Source: a virus (Duplodnaviria; Caudoviricetes). From it: a DNA stretch of 64,000 nt. The stretch spans positions 1-64,000 of IMG/VR virus record IMGVR_UViG_3300028591_000130. One strand, given 5' to 3'. Positions 62,406 through 64,000 of this stretch are shown here, piece after piece. Each line of letters starts with the position of its first letter. Position 1 is the stretch's first letter. Position numbers and translations under genes: made by a program. Under the pieces are notes generated by a model that was not told where the DNA came from, did not search any database, and saw nothing but the letters and a program-made list of their open reading frames with translations.

Positions 62406-64000
62406 ATGTCATTTGCAGCAGGATTTCCTGCAATCTTTGATGACGCAACAAAAAAATGGACAGAAATCTATATCGGAACTAAAGCCTCTGAAGTGTTCTT
62501 TTCTGATGGGCAAACCCTTGAAGAAAAAATACACAGTGGGCAATTTAACGGTAAAGACGGTATTGACGGCAAGGATGGAGTAACAACGACCATAACTGTT
62601 CCGGGAACTGTTTTTTGGAAAGAGATAGATGATATCATAACAGAAGAAAATGGCGGCCTTATTTTTAGCAACAGTCTTAATAACGGTGCTACCTTTGTAA
62701 AGTTTCACTATAAAGATAAGCTTAAAAATGTGTATGACTGCTATGGTTACTGGATGAAAACTGACGAAACCGGTTACGGAGTAACGGCTTCTTGGACACC
62801 TGAACACGGCGTATGGCAAATGTTCGGTCTTGCTGACGGTACTATGACTGTAGAAAGAGTATATCCCATAGACAAAACCATATGGTTACCCGTAGGCGAT
62901 ATCAGTCTTAACACTGGCGGTTATGACATACACCAAAAGATCTTAAACGATGGCTTTTGCTGTTTCTCTGCGAGAATAGCAGGACGCAACGGTTATGGAT
63001 GGTGGCTTCGTAACGAGACAGAAGGATCTGGTTTCTTCTTTGACCTTACAAACAATATCTATCTTATCTGGAAAGACAATATTACCTTAAAAGGTAAGTT
63101 GATATCGCAGGGTACACAAAGTACTGTTATCAAGGACTTTGAAACATTCTCTTGGAAAGAAGTTAAGATATCAACTCATGACGGCGGTAAGATATTAAGA
63201 GAAAACACTGCACAAGGTTTTAACTGTGTGAAGGCAATTGTAGATAACGTTAACAGCTTTGGTTGGTGGCTTAACTATAACGCCCTTTACGGTATAGGTT
63301 TATTTCTGTCTTATTCTGTCTCTGACGTTGATATCTGGATTGGTTACTCTTTTGGTGAAGATCTTTTGCATCGCTTTTCCGTTTTTGGCGTTGATACCGG
63401 TACTATAGACACAGCGTCTCTTAACAGTATAGTCAGTAAGGCTAAAATGTCTATTATTCCCCAAAACGTTACAAGCAGTAACGAAGATAAAATGTTAAGT
63501 AATTTGTTAGACCTCAACGAAGGTGCTAACGTTATCCAAGGAAAGTTTAAGAATAAAGACAGTATGGGTTTGTGGTTTAACACGAAGCCTCAAGGAACAA
63601 AGCGACAAGGGTCAGGTTTAATCTTTTCTGATAACAGTATATCGTGGGTTAGCGGCAATAACGACAAAAAATTTATTGTACAACAATTATTTTCTCTTGC
63701 AGAAACTTCTAATGATATCAACTTAACAAGCAGCACCGGTATAACCAATCTTGGTTACGTTAACGTTAATAAAAGTAACGCTACGACAGGAAATACTGCT
63801 GCAGTGTTTGATATCTTACCTGACGGATTTAATCCCGTTAAATTCTTTCTTGTCCTTTCTGACGGTTCAGTTGAACGTTGTAACGGATTTTGGGTTAAGA
63901 CAGGAGCAACAGGTATAGGGCTGCTTATAACTAATGACGACACAAGTTCTTCTGTAGCCAAGAGTTGTTGGACTGCTGTTAAGACAGGAATGTCACTTCA
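62406..64000 (+). CDS. Putative fibre/receptor-binding protein with tandem ~85-aa beta repeats (3'-truncated, absent from the ORF track)
   Basis: ATG at 62406 after GGAGG; the frame stays open to the window end. MSFAAGFPAIFDDATKKWTEIYIGTKASEVFFSDGQTLEEK, a short collagen stretch GKDGIDGKDG, then repeats. Confidence 0.75.
   Translation, partial: MSFAAGFPAIFDDATKKWTEIYIGTKASEVFFSDGQTLEEKIHSGQFNGKDGIDGKDGVTTTITVPGTVFWKEIDDIITEENGGLIFSNSLNNGATFVKFHYKDKLKNVYDCYGYWMKTDETGYGVTASWTPEHGVWQMFGLADGTMTVERVYPIDKTIWLPVGDISLNTGGYDIHQKILNDGFCCFSARIAGRNGYGWWLRNETEGSGFFFDLTNNIYLIWKDNITLKGKLISQGTQSTVIKDFETFSWKEVKISTHDGGKILRENTAQGFNCVKAIVDNVNSFGWWLNYNALYGIGLFLSYSVSDVDIWIGYSFGEDLLHRFSVFGVDTGTIDTASLNSIVSKAKMSIIPQNVTSSNEDKMLSNLLDLNEGANVIQGKFKNKDSMGLWFNTKPQGTKRQGSGLIFSDNSISWVSGNNDKKFIVQQLFSLAETSNDINLTSSTGITNLGYVNVNKSNATTGNTAAVFDILPDGFNPVKFFLVLSDGSVERCNGFWVKTGATGIGLLITNDDTSSSVAKSCWTAVKTGMSL

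Noticed and set aside
622-63961. Many short minus-strand and alternative-frame ORFs in the track (60-240 aa)
   Set aside because: Almost all are nested within or overlap long + strand genes and have no recognisable motifs. They are shadow ORFs of biased codon usage.
1-64000. Stop-codon reassignment, as seen in some jumbo and gut phages
   Set aside because: ORFs are long and tightly packed under the standard code, and TAA, TGA and TAG (35203) all serve as stops.
1-64000. tRNA/rRNA genes, integrase or transposase
   Set aside because: None recognised; intergenic gaps are short (under about 180 bp) and show no cloverleaf or IS signatures.

Overview
This window is a single-strand (+), gene-dense virion morphogenesis region of a large (jumbo-type) contractile-tailed phage. 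Strong GGAGG ribosome-binding sites and a consensus sigma-A promoter point to a Bacillota host, possibly Negativicutes. In order it holds: the end of a giant SNase-domain virion protein; an inserted htpG (Hsp90) with its own promoter and terminator; a 3779-aa protein; a 3179-aa baseplate-hub megaprotein; spike, lytic transglycosylase, gp25-like, baseplate J-like and wedge genes; then about 14 tail-fibre or appendage genes and a holin-like gene. The main finding concerns the 3779-aa protein. It carries, in the correct order, the motifs of a two-barrel RNA polymerase with beta-like and beta'-like parts fused in one chain (DEG, flap, K-x6-KG, GKKG..R, RxP, DYDSD, bridge and trigger elements). At its N-terminus is an intact DEDDh 3'-5' exonuclease split by a 581-aa coiled-coil insertion. 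It is therefore a candidate single-chain virion RNA polymerase-exonuclease fusion. A second signal is the strong over-representation of the palindrome GATATC in all reading frames. All calls come from reading motifs by eye; no database searches were run.
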